Source of the DNA: a virus | Virus record (IMG/VR): IMGVR_UViG_3300033821_000019 | Coordinates: 14,381 to 78,380 of that record | Strand: one strand, 5' to 3' | Length of the DNA stretch: 64,000 bases | Shown: positions 39,120 through 48,486 of the stretch, one piece after another | How positions within the stretch are numbered: the first letter of the stretch is position 1 | How the letters are laid out: each line of letters starts with the position of its first letter | Made by a program: the position numbers and the translations under genes | The notes under the pieces: model-generated | Seen by the model: the letters and a program-made list of their open reading frames with translations, nothing else | What the model was told of the DNA's origin: nothing | Databases searched by the model: none

Positions 39120-39668
39120 TTATTTTTTGCCCTCAGATGGTTCATTAACAATGCAGTAAGGACACACAAGCTTACCATTCAAAGGACCATGTGTTATCTT
39201 GATATAATGCATAAAACACTTAGGACAGTTATAGTCATACTGTTGACCATATACCCCGCGCGTAATGAACCAAAAATCATTATTTTCTATGACTTTATCT
39301 TCTAAATCTTCATTGCATGAAGCGGCCACTAAAGCCAAAGCCTCTGGTGGTGATTTGTGTTGAAAATGTGGCACTTCCCAAAAAGGATGATTGTTGCATG
39401 TAGAAATGAGGTAATAGTATCCTCTTTGAATAATGAACGTATGATAGTTACAAGACGGGAAAGACAATTGAGTGGTTGACTTAATTATACCGTCCTTGAT
39501 TTGCTGTTTAATTATTGCTTTTAGCTCTTCGTTCTGTCCATCTTCTTCATGTCCATCACGAAAAGGAATCATAGCTAAAGCCACATCTGCTGTGCTCTTG
39601 TAGAACTCCAAAGGCACAGAAAATGAAGTGGAACTGCTGTTACTGACAAAACCACGCCTGATTTTCAT
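39120..39668 (-). CDS. FVSNSS-family protein 1 (C-terminal Zn ribbon)
   Basis: MKIRRGFVSNSSSTSF; GGAGG RBS. Confidence 0.8.
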   Translation of the reverse strand: MKIRRGFVSNSSSTSFSVPLEFYKSTADVALAMIPFRDGHEEDGQNEELKAIIKQQIKDGIIKSTTQLSFPSCNYHTFIIQRGYYYLISTCNNHPFWEVPHFQHKSPPEALALVAASCNEDLEDKVIENNDFWFITRGVYGQQYDYNCPKCFMHYIKITHGPLNGKLVCPYCIVNEPSEGKK

Positions 39669-39678
39669 ACTGTCCTCC

Positions 39679-40209
39679 CTAGTGATGGTTAAGTCTGAAA
39701 TGCACCAATTCCTGAAAAATGTCACCATGTTCCATAAAAGAATTTAATTCACAACCATCGTTGTCAGAGTAATGAAACTTGAAGAAGCGATTAAAGTCAT
39801 ATACTTTGAGTAGCTGTTTGAATACTGTTTTGGCAACATCATCTCTACATTTGGCACGCTTTTCAAGATATTTCTGCATGGCATTTTGTGTGTCTTGGGC
39901 AAAGTCCCAATCAGGCATAAGACATCTTTCGGTGAATCCATGTTTCACTGCTTCTTCTGAAGGTTCCAACATACCATTTGTCAATTCATCCAAAAGCTCT
40001 TTGCGACTCTTAACCCGGCCTTCTTTCATATCTCTCATGACAACGAAAGCTATCTCTTTTGTAGAGTAAACATTGTTATAGCCAACGTACAATTTATCCC
40101 CAAACAGAAGCCTCTCCATTTCGGCTACTGTTTTAGGAAGCTCTTTTGGGAACACCACCACAAAAGAGCTTGAACTACTATTGCTGACAAAACCGTTTCT
40201 AGTTTTCAT
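39679..40209 (-). CDS. FVSNSS-family protein 2
   Basis: MKTRNGFVSNSSSSSF...MEHGDIF. Confidence 0.8.
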   Translation of the reverse strand: MKTRNGFVSNSSSSSFVVVFPKELPKTVAEMERLLFGDKLYVGYNNVYSTKEIAFVVMRDMKEGRVKSRKELLDELTNGMLEPSEEAVKHGFTERCLMPDWDFAQDTQNAMQKYLEKRAKCRDDVAKTVFKQLLKVYDFNRFFKFHYSDNDGCELNSFMEHGDIFQELVHFRLNHH

Positions 40210-40213
40210 AGCC

Positions 40214-40801
40214 CTAGTGTTTTGAAATCCTTATGTGTGGAATTTTGTTAAAAATTTCGCCATGCTCCATTGTGGCACCCAACTGACCGTCTTCGTCAGC
40301 GTATTCAACTTTATACATATGTTCTAATGGCCACTTCTTCAAAAGCTTGTTGGAAATCTCTTTGGCAAAAGCCGTGTCTTTCTCGTCCACATTTTTCCAA
40401 AACGCTTCTCTCTCTTCTTCTGTTCCATCAGCCACTTCTTCCGTGTCGTATTCAGGCTCTTTTATCTTGCCTAGTACGGGTTCATTCTCTGGCTCATCGC
40501 CAACAACACCATTTTTCAAAATCTCGGCGAGCATTTCAAAAGATGTGATTTTACCGCATTCTCTACTGTGGTCTTTAATTTGTTCACCTTGCAAGTTCCT
40601 AAAAACAATGGCGGCAATTTCCTTGGTAGAGAATTTAATCGCTTCAGAATTAGGATGGTTGTCGTTGTACGGATAATCTATATACAACTGGTCGCCAAAC
40701 AATAGTTCTTCCGTTTCCTTGACGCTCCCCGGCAATTTGGGAAGTACAAGGATGAACGCACTTGAGCTACTGTTGCTGACAAAACCATGCCTCTGTTTCA
40801 T
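40214..40801 (-). CDS. FVSNSS-family protein 3
   Basis: MKQRHGFVSNSSSSAF...MEHGEIFNKIPHIRISKH. Confidence 0.8.
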   Translation of the reverse strand: MKQRHGFVSNSSSSAFILVLPKLPGSVKETEELLFGDQLYIDYPYNDNHPNSEAIKFSTKEIAAIVFRNLQGEQIKDHSRECGKITSFEMLAEILKNGVVGDEPENEPVLGKIKEPEYDTEEVADGTEEEREAFWKNVDEKDTAFAKEISNKLLKKWPLEHMYKVEYADEDGQLGATMEHGEIFNKIPHIRISKH

Positions 40802-40803
40802 GA

Positions 40804-41373
40804 CTAGTGTTTTGAAATCCTTATGTGCGGAATTTTGTTAAAAATTTCGCCATGCTCCATTGTAGAACCCAAATCGCCATCTTCATCAGCATATTCTACA
40901 CGATAAAGGTGCTTCAAAGGCCACTTCTTCAAAATCTTCTTTGCAACTTTGTCAGCAAACTCATCCATAGCCTTGTCATGTTCCTTATATCGTTTGTCTC
41001 TATCTGCATCCGTTTCATTTGGGTCATAATTCCATTCCATTTTAGGTGCTACAATACCTTCATATTTATTTAACCAACCATCCCGCACGATATTTTCCAA
41101 ATCGTGAATAGTCTCTATGTGACCAGCATCATCATGCCTAGAAAGTGGCAAGGCTGGCGGCTTATGTGTGATATCATGAAGAACAATAGCCGCAATCTCC
41201 TTGGTGGAAAACTTCTCGCAAGCAGGATGAAGGTCTTTATACGGATGTTCCACATAAAGCTCGTCGCCAAATAGCAGTTCTTCCATTTCCTTGACAATTT
41301 CCGGTACTTTCGGAAAGACAAGGATGAATGCGCTTGAGCTACTGTTACTGACAAAGCCATGTCGCTGTTTCAT
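40804..41373 (-). CDS. FVSNSS-family protein 4
   Basis: MKQRHGFVSNSSSSAF; close paralog of protein 3. Confidence 0.8.
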   Translation of the reverse strand: MKQRHGFVSNSSSSAFILVFPKVPEIVKEMEELLFGDELYVEHPYKDLHPACEKFSTKEIAAIVLHDITHKPPALPLSRHDDAGHIETIHDLENIVRDGWLNKYEGIVAPKMEWNYDPNETDADRDKRYKEHDKAMDEFADKVAKKILKKWPLKHLYRVEYADEDGDLGSTMEHGEIFNKIPHIRISKH

Positions 41374-41385
41374 TCTTGCAATCCT

Positions 41386-41772
41386 TTAATTCCAAAAAGC
41401 CTTATGACGTAATTTTCTAAAAGCTCCGCTATACCCCTCAAAATTCACCGATTCTGGAACGACTAACCAAAACACTTTTGATTGCCTGTTCTGCTTGAAA
41501 AAGTTCTTGGCTTGCACCATTTGTTCTTTGCGCAACTTCTTATCAGTCATGTCACCACATCCACGCACATAGCTACCACTTTTCACTATCTGGTTAAAAA
41601 TGAGTGCTGCAAACACTTTTGGCGACTCTTTCAAGTCAGTGTGTTCGTTGCATAAATAGTCTTCATCAAAGAGCATGGTTTCAAGCTCTGCAACATTCTC
41701 AGGAGCCTTATTGAAAGCTACCAAAAACGAGCATGAAGAACTATTACTTACGAATCCCGACCTGATTTTCAT
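41386..41772 (-). CDS. FVSNSS-family protein 5
   Basis: MKIRSGFVSNSSSCSF. Confidence 0.8.
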   Translation of the reverse strand: MKIRSGFVSNSSSCSFLVAFNKAPENVAELETMLFDEDYLCNEHTDLKESPKVFAALIFNQIVKSGSYVRGCGDMTDKKLRKEQMVQAKNFFKQNRQSKVFWLVVPESVNFEGYSGAFRKLRHKAFWN

Positions 41773-41998
41773 TTTCCTGTCCCTTGTTTACCGTGTGCTC
41801 CAAATGGTACGGACATACTTCAGGCACACCGTCTGTAATCTTCATCAAACGCATCAAAGCAGCACATGTAATGTTGCCATCAGCCCAACGACGGTCATCC
41901 CGGTCACTCCAACCCCAACGCTGTTTGTTGTGGCACCATACACAAATTTCTTTGGTAATGGCGCTATTCGGAACAAATACCTTATCCTTCTTTGCCAT
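41744..41998 (-). CDS. Small Cys protein, paralog of 55171-55377
   Basis: CVWC...C...VPEVCPYHLEHTVNKG. Confidence 0.65.
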   Translation of the reverse strand: MAKKDKVFVPNSAITKEICVWCHNKQRWGWSDRDDRRWADGNITCAALMRLMKITDGVPEVCPYHLEHTVNKGQENENQVGIRK

Positions 41999-42054
41999 GA
42001 CTATTTGCCTTTCTAAAACTCCCTTCAGTTGTATCGTTAAGGTGCTTCGTTTTT

Positions 42055-42690
42055 CTAAAGTTTCTCTACCGGCACTGATTCGGCTTTCTTCAAGAGCTTC
42101 TGAACGAAAGCCACGTAAGCCATATTATACGCGCCTTTGAAAGCAAGAGCAACTTTCTTCTGTTCTTCGTGGTCTGCCTCTCGATAAATCATGTCTTCCA
42201 CTTCGCCCTCAATTCGTGTTTTATTAGCATGGTCATAATTGCCTTTGCCAGCCACGCCAGTTCCAAGATTTGCAATATGTTGTTTTATCGTTGCCTCAAA
42301 CTTCTGTGGAATGTCTGGCATCCAATGTGGGCATTCAGTATGAGCCACCACGCATTGATTGGTAAAAGTACAATAACCAGTACGACGCTTGCCTTGACGA
42401 CCAACAGAGAATTCAAACATGGCACAGTTATCACAACACCGCGCTACATCAGGGCAGAACTTGTTTTTGGCTGGCTTTTCTGCCATGACAAATGTGCCAA
42501 CGCCGTCTCGTTCATCAACCAAATAGGCGCGTTGACCACACTGAACACACTTGTATTGTCCTTTCGTACTACCCCAACTGTTTTCTTCCGCAAGGAATGT
42601 CTGGCAATTCGGGCAATTAGCAACTTTGCATAAATTCGACTTCATAAGTACATCTGGGAAGAGGACGGAGTTTTCTGGCGTCTGCATCAT
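42055..42690 (-). CDS. Cys-rich multi-zinc-finger protein
   Basis: CPNC, CVQC, CDNC, C...C motifs. Confidence 0.65.
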   Translation of the reverse strand: MMQTPENSVLFPDVLMKSNLCKVANCPNCQTFLAEENSWGSTKGQYKCVQCGQRAYLVDERDGVGTFVMAEKPAKNKFCPDVARCCDNCAMFEFSVGRQGKRRTGYCTFTNQCVVAHTECPHWMPDIPQKFEATIKQHIANLGTGVAGKGNYDHANKTRIEGEVEDMIYREADHEEQKKVALAFKGAYNMAYVAFVQKLLKKAESVPVEKL

Positions 42691-42795
42691 TTATGTAGCA
42701 AGAAGAGCAAAGACAAGCGTTAAAAGGACTGAGTATAAGCTTCCCTTTTTCAGTTTTGACTTTATACCAATTGCTTGTTTCCACGCGCCAATCTC

Positions 42796-43059
42796 CTATT
42801 GTAAATCTTTGAAGGAATCTGGACGCCAATAGACCTTATAGCTGTTCTTGTATTTGCCGCTTTGCTCACATTCATGGAGGCCCGGTTTCTCAATTCGGGA
42901 CACGGTAGCTTGCGCTACAGGAACACCATCGAATTTGAAGTAGAGCGTATCACCGACTTGACACTTTGGCGGGAATCGGAAAGCCCAAAATTCTTCGAAA
43001 CCGATTTGAGGTTCTGTCCAAAAGTGTTCACGGGCGGCTGCTGGTACGTTGATGTTCAT
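42796..43059 (-). CDS. ASCH/PUA-like small protein
   Basis: CQVGDTLYF...VAQATVSRI pattern. Confidence 0.45.
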   Translation of the reverse strand: MNINVPAAAREHFWTEPQIGFEEFWAFRFPPKCQVGDTLYFKFDGVPVAQATVSRIEKPGLHECEQSGKYKNSYKVYWRPDSFKDLQ

Positions 43060-43106
43060 GCTTAAAATATCCCTAATGCTAGAAACATATAGCTTTACAA
43101 GTCATG

Positions 43107-43910
43107 CTATGCTTTCGCCCTTTTCTTCGGTTCAACATAGACCTGATTGAACTTAACCGCAATGCTTCTGAAAAAAGAAGGCAGCGAACTAATCGCCCTC
43201 TTCACATGCACTTCTGGAATGTCTTTATAAAATGCCTCAGCTATACTTCCAGCAATACAGGCTTGTGTATCAGCATCACCACCAAGAGAAACAGCATTCC
43301 TGATTGTGTCTTCAAAATCAGTAGACTCCAAAAAGCAGATAATCGCTTCTGGCACTGACTCTTGACAACTCACCTTGAACGAATAAGTCGGCCTAATGTC
43401 GTCAAGCTTCCGGCTCAAATCATAACCAAAAGTTCCCTCAATATATGTTTTGATGTCATCTTTGGTAGTGCCGGTACGAGCAAGGTAAATAGCAACGGCA
43501 GTAGATTGCGCACCCTTAATACCTTCTGGATGGTCATGGGTTACTTCTGCACTGGCCTTCGCGCCTTTAAGAACTTCATCAAGGCCATCATAAAACCAAC
43601 CAACAGGACTCACACGCATGGCAGAACCATTGCCATAAGAATTGTAAGGCTGTGTCTTACCAGCACGCACCCAATTGCCAAAGGTGCTGCCATAACCGCG
43701 CTTCGGTTCTTTCCTGACGAATTCATGGAAGAGCTTGACCAAAGATTCCTTAGTCATTAAGTGCTGAGCAACGGCAAGCGTCAATACCGTATCATCACTG
43801 AACGTAGGCAGCTTGCGCCTATTGGTTGGGTAGAATTCAAAATCCTTAGATTTGATTGGCTCGAATTCAAAACTTACGCCTGCGATATCCCCTACAATTG
43901 CACCCCACAT
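43107..43910 (-). CDS. ADP-ribosylglycohydrolase (ARH/DraG family)
   Basis: GAIVGD, FSDDT, GNGSAMRVSP, THDHP, GGDADT. Confidence 0.92.
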   Translation of the reverse strand: MWGAIVGDIAGVSFEFEPIKSKDFEFYPTNRRKLPTFSDDTVLTLAVAQHLMTKESLVKLFHEFVRKEPKRGYGSTFGNWVRAGKTQPYNSYGNGSAMRVSPVGWFYDGLDEVLKGAKASAEVTHDHPEGIKGAQSTAVAIYLARTGTTKDDIKTYIEGTFGYDLSRKLDDIRPTYSFKVSCQESVPEAIICFLESTDFEDTIRNAVSLGGDADTQACIAGSIAEAFYKDIPEVHVKRAISSLPSFFRSIAVKFNQVYVEPKKRAKA

Positions 43911-43998
43911 TTTTATCTTCCTTTCTATTCTTCCTTTTCCTGTATCGTTAATTCAACCTACTTGTTCTAATCTTTTTTCAATTTTGTCAACATTAAAA

Positions 43999-44271
43999 TT
44001 ATGCACGCGCCCCTTTGATTGTTTTTCCTTTTTCCAATTCCGGCAAAGGCTTGTTTGGTTTCAACTCAATCTGTTTTTTCTCATGTGAAAGCTGATAGGT
44101 TGCCGTTACGCCATCAAAAATAGGATTCGGCATATATCCATCGTCATCAGTTTCATACCGGTGTTTATAGCAGAACTTAACGTTTTCCGGCAAATCAAAT
44201 TCTTTTCGTAAAGCTTGCGCAACGTCTTCAGTGGTCAGTTCCAATGTTGCTGTTATCTTTTTTGTGCTCAT
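43999..44271 (-). CDS. Hypothetical protein
   Basis: 90-aa ORF with ATGA overlap. Confidence 0.6.
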   Translation of the reverse strand: MSTKKITATLELTTEDVAQALRKEFDLPENVKFCYKHRYETDDDGYMPNPIFDGVTATYQLSHEKKQIELKPNKPLPELEKGKTIKGARA

Positions 44272-44630
44272 ATCTCTTCACCTTCTTCAAATGTCAATGG
44301 CTGCACGGTTACGTTTGGAAATTGTTGTAATGTTTGTTGAATAGTAGCGGCACTAGCACACCACCAAGCGGCATATAGATTATAAGTGTAGTCTATATCC
44401 TGTTCACCAATGAACATATTATCTTTACTTTTATCTCGAAATGTTACCCAAGGACAAGTGCTTGGTCTGTAATGAACTTTGATTTTATGAACCGAATAAT
44501 CATCCTTCTTTTTGAAGAGCTTTTTCGGGTCTGTTTTGTTTGTGTAATGACGACAGAGGTTAATATCCGTAACCGTGAACTTGCCATTCAGGTCAAGATA
44601 CTTGCCTTGATATTTGACTGTGTAAATCAT
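44268..44630 (-). CDS. Hypothetical protein
   Basis: 120-aa ORF with ATGA overlap. Confidence 0.6.
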   Translation of the reverse strand: MIYTVKYQGKYLDLNGKFTVTDINLCRHYTNKTDPKKLFKKKDDYSVHKIKVHYRPSTCPWVTFRDKSKDNMFIGEQDIDYTYNLYAAWWCASAATIQQTLQQFPNVTVQPLTFEEGEEI

Positions 44631-45184
44631 GCCTTGTTTTCTCTAAATTTAACTACTGCTTCACAAAAAGTAATCAATTCTTCATCATTGATACCATTTC
44701 TCGCTAAATTTGCTAGATAAGAAATAAACCTCACATTCCCCTGCAAGTAGCCTTTCTTCGGGTCTATTCTATCCAAACTGGCTCTAAAAATTCTACTAGA
44801 ATTATTTTTCCAACCAGCGGTAGTATTTGGCAATAATAACTGCAAACCCGATATACAACAAATTCCTTTTTGTTTTTCCCAAAGTTCCTTAATATATTCA
44901 AGAGTTAAATCTGTCGTTCCTTTTAGCAAACTTCTTTCTTTAGAAGTTTTCAAAAAATACCTAAATGGAGTAAATTCATCAGACTTATCGTATCCCTTCA
45001 ACAGATTTTTTCCATCATAAACTCGCGTTCCTATGTTTTGACTTTTGCCAGAACAGGAACGACTACAGAAATGTCTTCTTTTAAGAAGTTCACTTCTGCT
45101 GTATTCTATTGAACTTTTTTCAAATATTTTGCGACAACATGCACATTCTACTTTTACTTTCTTTCCTTTAATAGCCATAAGCAC
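44627..45184 (-). CDS. Free-standing HNH-type endonuclease downstream of tmRNA
   Basis: CACC...FCSRSC; QKGICCISG...ASLDRIDPKKGYLQGNVRF. Confidence 0.8.
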   Translation of the reverse strand: MLMAIKGKKVKVECACCRKIFEKSSIEYSRSELLKRRHFCSRSCSGKSQNIGTRVYDGKNLLKGYDKSDEFTPFRYFLKTSKERSLLKGTTDLTLEYIKELWEKQKGICCISGLQLLLPNTTAGWKNNSSRIFRASLDRIDPKKGYLQGNVRFISYLANLARNGINDEELITFCEAVVKFRENKA

Positions 45185-45236
45185 CTCCTTTATGCTTATG
45201 GCTATATAAAAGAATTATGAATGCGACGGGAATTGC

Positions 45237-45919
45237 TGGTGGAGGTGGCGGGACATCTGTATCTTTGCTTTCACAAAGTATGGACTATTCCTTCATCTGG
45301 TTTTTATCCAGAGAGTGGCGTTTATGATTTCAATTCATGCTAATCCTTAAAAGGATTGCTTAAATTTATCCATCCTAGTGACGCCATGATTTTTCAATTT
45401 TAGGCGTTCTATGAGTCTCTAGACCATCGCCATGATTTCTCAATGGTTTTGGTACGGTGTTTTCATGGGTTATTCCTAACCTTTAGAATTCGCCGTTTGA
45501 GCCACTTTTTTGCGCAAGAATCACTTCTTGCCTCGACAATTCCTTATCGAACCCGCGTCCTGAGATACTCCAAAGCAAGCGTCTACACGTTTAGTTGCAG
45601 ATTTGGGACTTCGGTTTGAAACTGGCTCTACAACGGCCATTCTCAATCCTATTCTGATTGTCTCACTTTTCAATTCCTCAGATGGTGGAACTGAAAGCCA
45701 GTCTGATTGGGTACGCAGTTATAGGCATCCAGACGTAATCCCTATAACCACGTCGCTGGTGTTTAGGCAGCGATTTCAGCTACCTTGCGGAAGCTGAAGT
45801 CAACGTGTGTTACGTTGGCAGTTAGTTATTTTCCCCGGTGGATTTTACGTGGCCAACCTGAGAACTCCACGACATGCAGCTACGCCTCTCGGCAATCCAG
45901 TCGAAACCTGTTCACCCCC
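45237..45919 (-). ncRNA. ssrA: tmRNA (exon 1 45919-45546, exon 2 45253-45237; 391 nt spliced); tag ANVTHVDFSFRKVAEIAA at 45819-45763
   Basis: 5' GGGGGTGAACAGGTTTCGAC; spliced 3' GACGCGGGTTCGAT|TCCCGCCACCTCCACCA; tag ORF ends in AA-stop. Confidence 0.95.
45254..45545 (-). mobile_element. ORF-less group I intron (292 nt) in the tmRNA T-loop
   Basis: exon ends in U, intron ends in G; R-like CTAGAGACT and S-like AAGGAATAGTCC (P7 GACT/AGTC); removal restores a perfect T arm. Confidence 0.88.
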
Positions 45920-45981
45920 ATATTCAGCTTCAAAGAACCACTGTCACTTCCTCATTATATCGTCATCTTTGCCAAATTCCA

Positions 45982-46434
45982 CTAATTTTCTTTGGGAAAA
46001 AACTTCAACGGCTTGAGCAAGTTCTTCTCTGGAACACTGTGAAAACCTTCGTATTTATGTTTTTCAAAAAGCTCGATTGGAAGTTTTTCATCTAACTCAT
46101 TAAAATTACCAATGCCATATTTGAACAAAGTTGCATCCACTATTTTATTATCAACGACCACCCACGCATGAAGAAGTTTGTCCAAGATTTCTTCTTTCTC
46201 GTGTTTGCCAGCGAATCCTTGCCAAACAAAATGATAGCTTGCCGACAGATAACCTACCCAATACACCGGCTCTTTGCCACGCTCTTTTTGTGCCCAATAT
46301 TCCTTTCGCGCATTCTCAAAACACCAACGAACTTCGCCTTTGGTAAACTGTTTTTCCATCACAGAAGGCATTGTTTCAGACAAAATACCTTTTGCCAATT
46401 TCAGTAACTCTTTTGCTATCAATAGTTTATACAT
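45982..46434 (-). CDS. Hypothetical protein with IAKELLKLAK tag; C...HAWV transglutaminase-like hint
   Basis: MYKLLIAKELLKLAKGIL; WCFENA...HAWVV...VDAT. Confidence 0.65.
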   Translation of the reverse strand: MYKLLIAKELLKLAKGILSETMPSVMEKQFTKGEVRWCFENARKEYWAQKERGKEPVYWVGYLSASYHFVWQGFAGKHEKEEILDKLLHAWVVVDNKIVDATLFKYGIGNFNELDEKLPIELFEKHKYEGFHSVPEKNLLKPLKFFPKEN

Positions 46435-46514
46435 AAATGGCTTTCTCACCCTCTCCACCACTACAGAAAATCAAAAAATTGTTATAGAAATCAGTGAAAG
46501 TGACGATACAGTAA

Positions 46515-47056
46515 GTGTAGCAATTTGAAGGACGTGGATACCGAACCACAAATAAAAAAGCGGAAAGAATGTGATTGACTTTTTAGGATAAAGGAGATAG
46601 GTTTATGAACTGACCGTAATCCCCGCCTGTGCAAGACCACTTCTCGCTGGCGTGCGGTGGTTCAAGGGGAAAATGAGAGCCAGAGCGCGGGTAATGTGAA
46701 ACCGCGCAATGATGGAGTCTAAAAGCACAGAAAGCGTCAAGCGGACAAAAACTAGAGACTAACTGAAAGGTAAGGTGGGCCATGTAGCGCGAACCGAGTA
46801 GTGAACGCCAACTTAGATACTAATTTTGAGACTTGATGCAACACTTTGCTTAGACACACAATACATGTGGCTAAAATTAGAAGGAAAGACGAACATGAAC
46901 TGGCCTTAAGATGATTGTAAAAACACTCTTGCAAAATAATTTAGATTGAGAAAAAATTTAGCCGTTTAACGCCACAGTTTGACTACGGGACTACTGGCTA
47001 GGCATTCTACCGTAGGAAAAAAGCCTTCCGAGCATAAAGCTTTGGAAGGCTTTTTT
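46515..47056 (+). ncRNA. Candidate large structured non-coding RNA (~540 nt)
   Basis: no plus-strand ORF; own TGACGATACA promoter (46501) and strong terminator; multiple stems. Confidence 0.55.
47017..47056 (+). terminator. Intrinsic (bidirectional-looking) terminator
   Basis: aaaaaagccttccgagc-ataaa-gctttggaaggctttttt. Confidence 0.85.
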
Positions 47057-47099
47057 ATGCCTTGTATCTGTATATAATAAGTAGAGGAGACTTAAACCT

Positions 47100-47567
47100 A
47101 TGCCCATGCACATCATTGAAGGTAATCTACTTGAAGCCGAAGAGAGATTTATAGCGCACCAATGTAATTGTATCTCTATCGGCTCTGCTGGTCTGGCAAA
47201 ATCCCTATTCAGAAAATTCCCTTACGCCAATGTTTACTGTACCAGAAAAAAGCGTGGCGAAGATAAAATGGGAACCATCACTGTTTGCGGCAATGGTTCT
47301 GGCAAGCGTTATGTGATTAACATGTTTGCTCAATACAATCCGGGTGGTCCAGACAAAGGCAGAGACAGCCCCAAAGGACGGGAATTCTACTTTGCCCTTT
47401 GTTTACGCCAGATTGTATCATATAATGCCATCACGCCAATTGTGAGCATAGCCTTCCCATTTAAAATAGGATGCGGTCTGGCAGGAGGTAGCTGGAACAA
47501 TTATTTTAAGATGTTAAACGATTTTTCTGATAAAAATGGCTTTGAAGTGACGATATACAAACTGTGA
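47100..47567 (+). CDS. Macrodomain protein (ADP-ribose binding/hydrolase)
   Basis: IEGNLL, IAHQCNC, GLA, VINMFAQ, FPFKIGCGLAGGSW. Confidence 0.9.
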   Translation: MPMHIIEGNLLEAEERFIAHQCNCISIGSAGLAKSLFRKFPYANVYCTRKKRGEDKMGTITVCGNGSGKRYVINMFAQYNPGGPDKGRDSPKGREFYFALCLRQIVSYNAITPIVSIAFPFKIGCGLAGGSWNNYFKMLNDFSDKNGFEVTIYKL

Positions 47568-47591
47568 GAGCTTTTTAAGAAAGGGAAAGAA

Positions 47592-48104
47592 ATGGATTTT
47601 TTGGTACTGTCAAGATATGAGGTAGAGAGCGGAGAGCACATTCCACAAGGAGTGCCACACGTCGTTGTGTCTATTGGCAGTCCATATGACAAACAAGGCA
47701 GATTTGGCCTTCTTCTTAAATACCCTTATCCTCAAGCTCGCATACCGCCCAATCCCAACTGCAAAGGCATTCTCCGGCTACAATTTTTGGATGCCACTGG
47801 AAGAGAATTTGGCCACATGTTTGGGATAGGTTATGAGGAAGGCGAACTTTTCAACGAGCAAATGGCACGGCAGGTTCTAAAGTTCATCCGTGGGCACAAG
47901 GATAAAGTAAATCTCATTGTCTGTCATTGTGAGGCTGGCGTAAGCAGAAGCGCGGCAACGGCTGCTGCTCTGTCAAAATGTTTCGGCCAGAGCGATATGG
48001 AATTCTATAAGGGCCGATTCCATCCGAATCCCTTGGTTTACCGCACTATTTTGAATGTTGCGCAGAAAATGGATATCTTCACTAAATTTGCTGTGACTGC
48101 CTGA
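47592..48104 (+). CDS. Protein-tyrosine/dual-specificity phosphatase-like protein
   Basis: HCEAGVSRS CX5R motif. Confidence 0.85.
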   Translation: MDFLVLSRYEVESGEHIPQGVPHVVVSIGSPYDKQGRFGLLLKYPYPQARIPPNPNCKGILRLQFLDATGREFGHMFGIGYEEGELFNEQMARQVLKFIRGHKDKVNLIVCHCEAGVSRSAATAAALSKCFGQSDMEFYKGRFHPNPLVYRTILNVAQKMDIFTKFAVTA

Positions 48105-48111
48105 AAGTCGT

Positions 48112-48456
48112 TTACCAGTTTTTGCTGCGTTTGGCTTTTGTGACAGAGCATTCAGGTCTAGTACGCACCCATTGAAGATAGTTGGCAATTTCTGGATGTT
48201 CTTGCAATGATTCGATAGTGTGATAATGCTTCACCAAGTTACGTTCACTGATTATGGCATGAACCATACGGTGACAGTCGCGGCAGAAATCAACCGTAAT
48301 ATGTTTCTCTTCTGTACTAAATTTGTTTTTGACTGTCTTGCCATTATGAGTAGTGCGCGGTATCAAATGGTGTCTGTTTGTGGAAGAAACGGTACGCCCA
48401 CACAACGAACAAATAGTAGCTTGGCAAACAGCCATTGAATTTGCCTCCACAAACAC
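48112..48456 (-). CDS. Small HNH nuclease
   Basis: CSLCGR...HHLIPR...CRDCHRMVH. Confidence 0.8.
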   Translation of the reverse strand: MFVEANSMAVCQATICSLCGRTVSSTNRHHLIPRTTHNGKTVKNKFSTEEKHITVDFCRDCHRMVHAIISERNLVKHYHTIESLQEHPEIANYLQWVRTRPECSVTKAKRSKNW

Positions 48457-48486
48457 GTTGGTATCATACGATAAAATCAGCGTCTT

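Noticed and set aside
45237-45253. Isolated tRNA 3' end or attachment-site remnant
   Set aside because: It pairs with the tmRNA 5' end and completes its T arm after intron removal.
46515-47056. RNase P RNA or tRNA cluster
   Set aside because: No GAGGAAAGUCC/P4 signature and no TTCGA arm with CCA.
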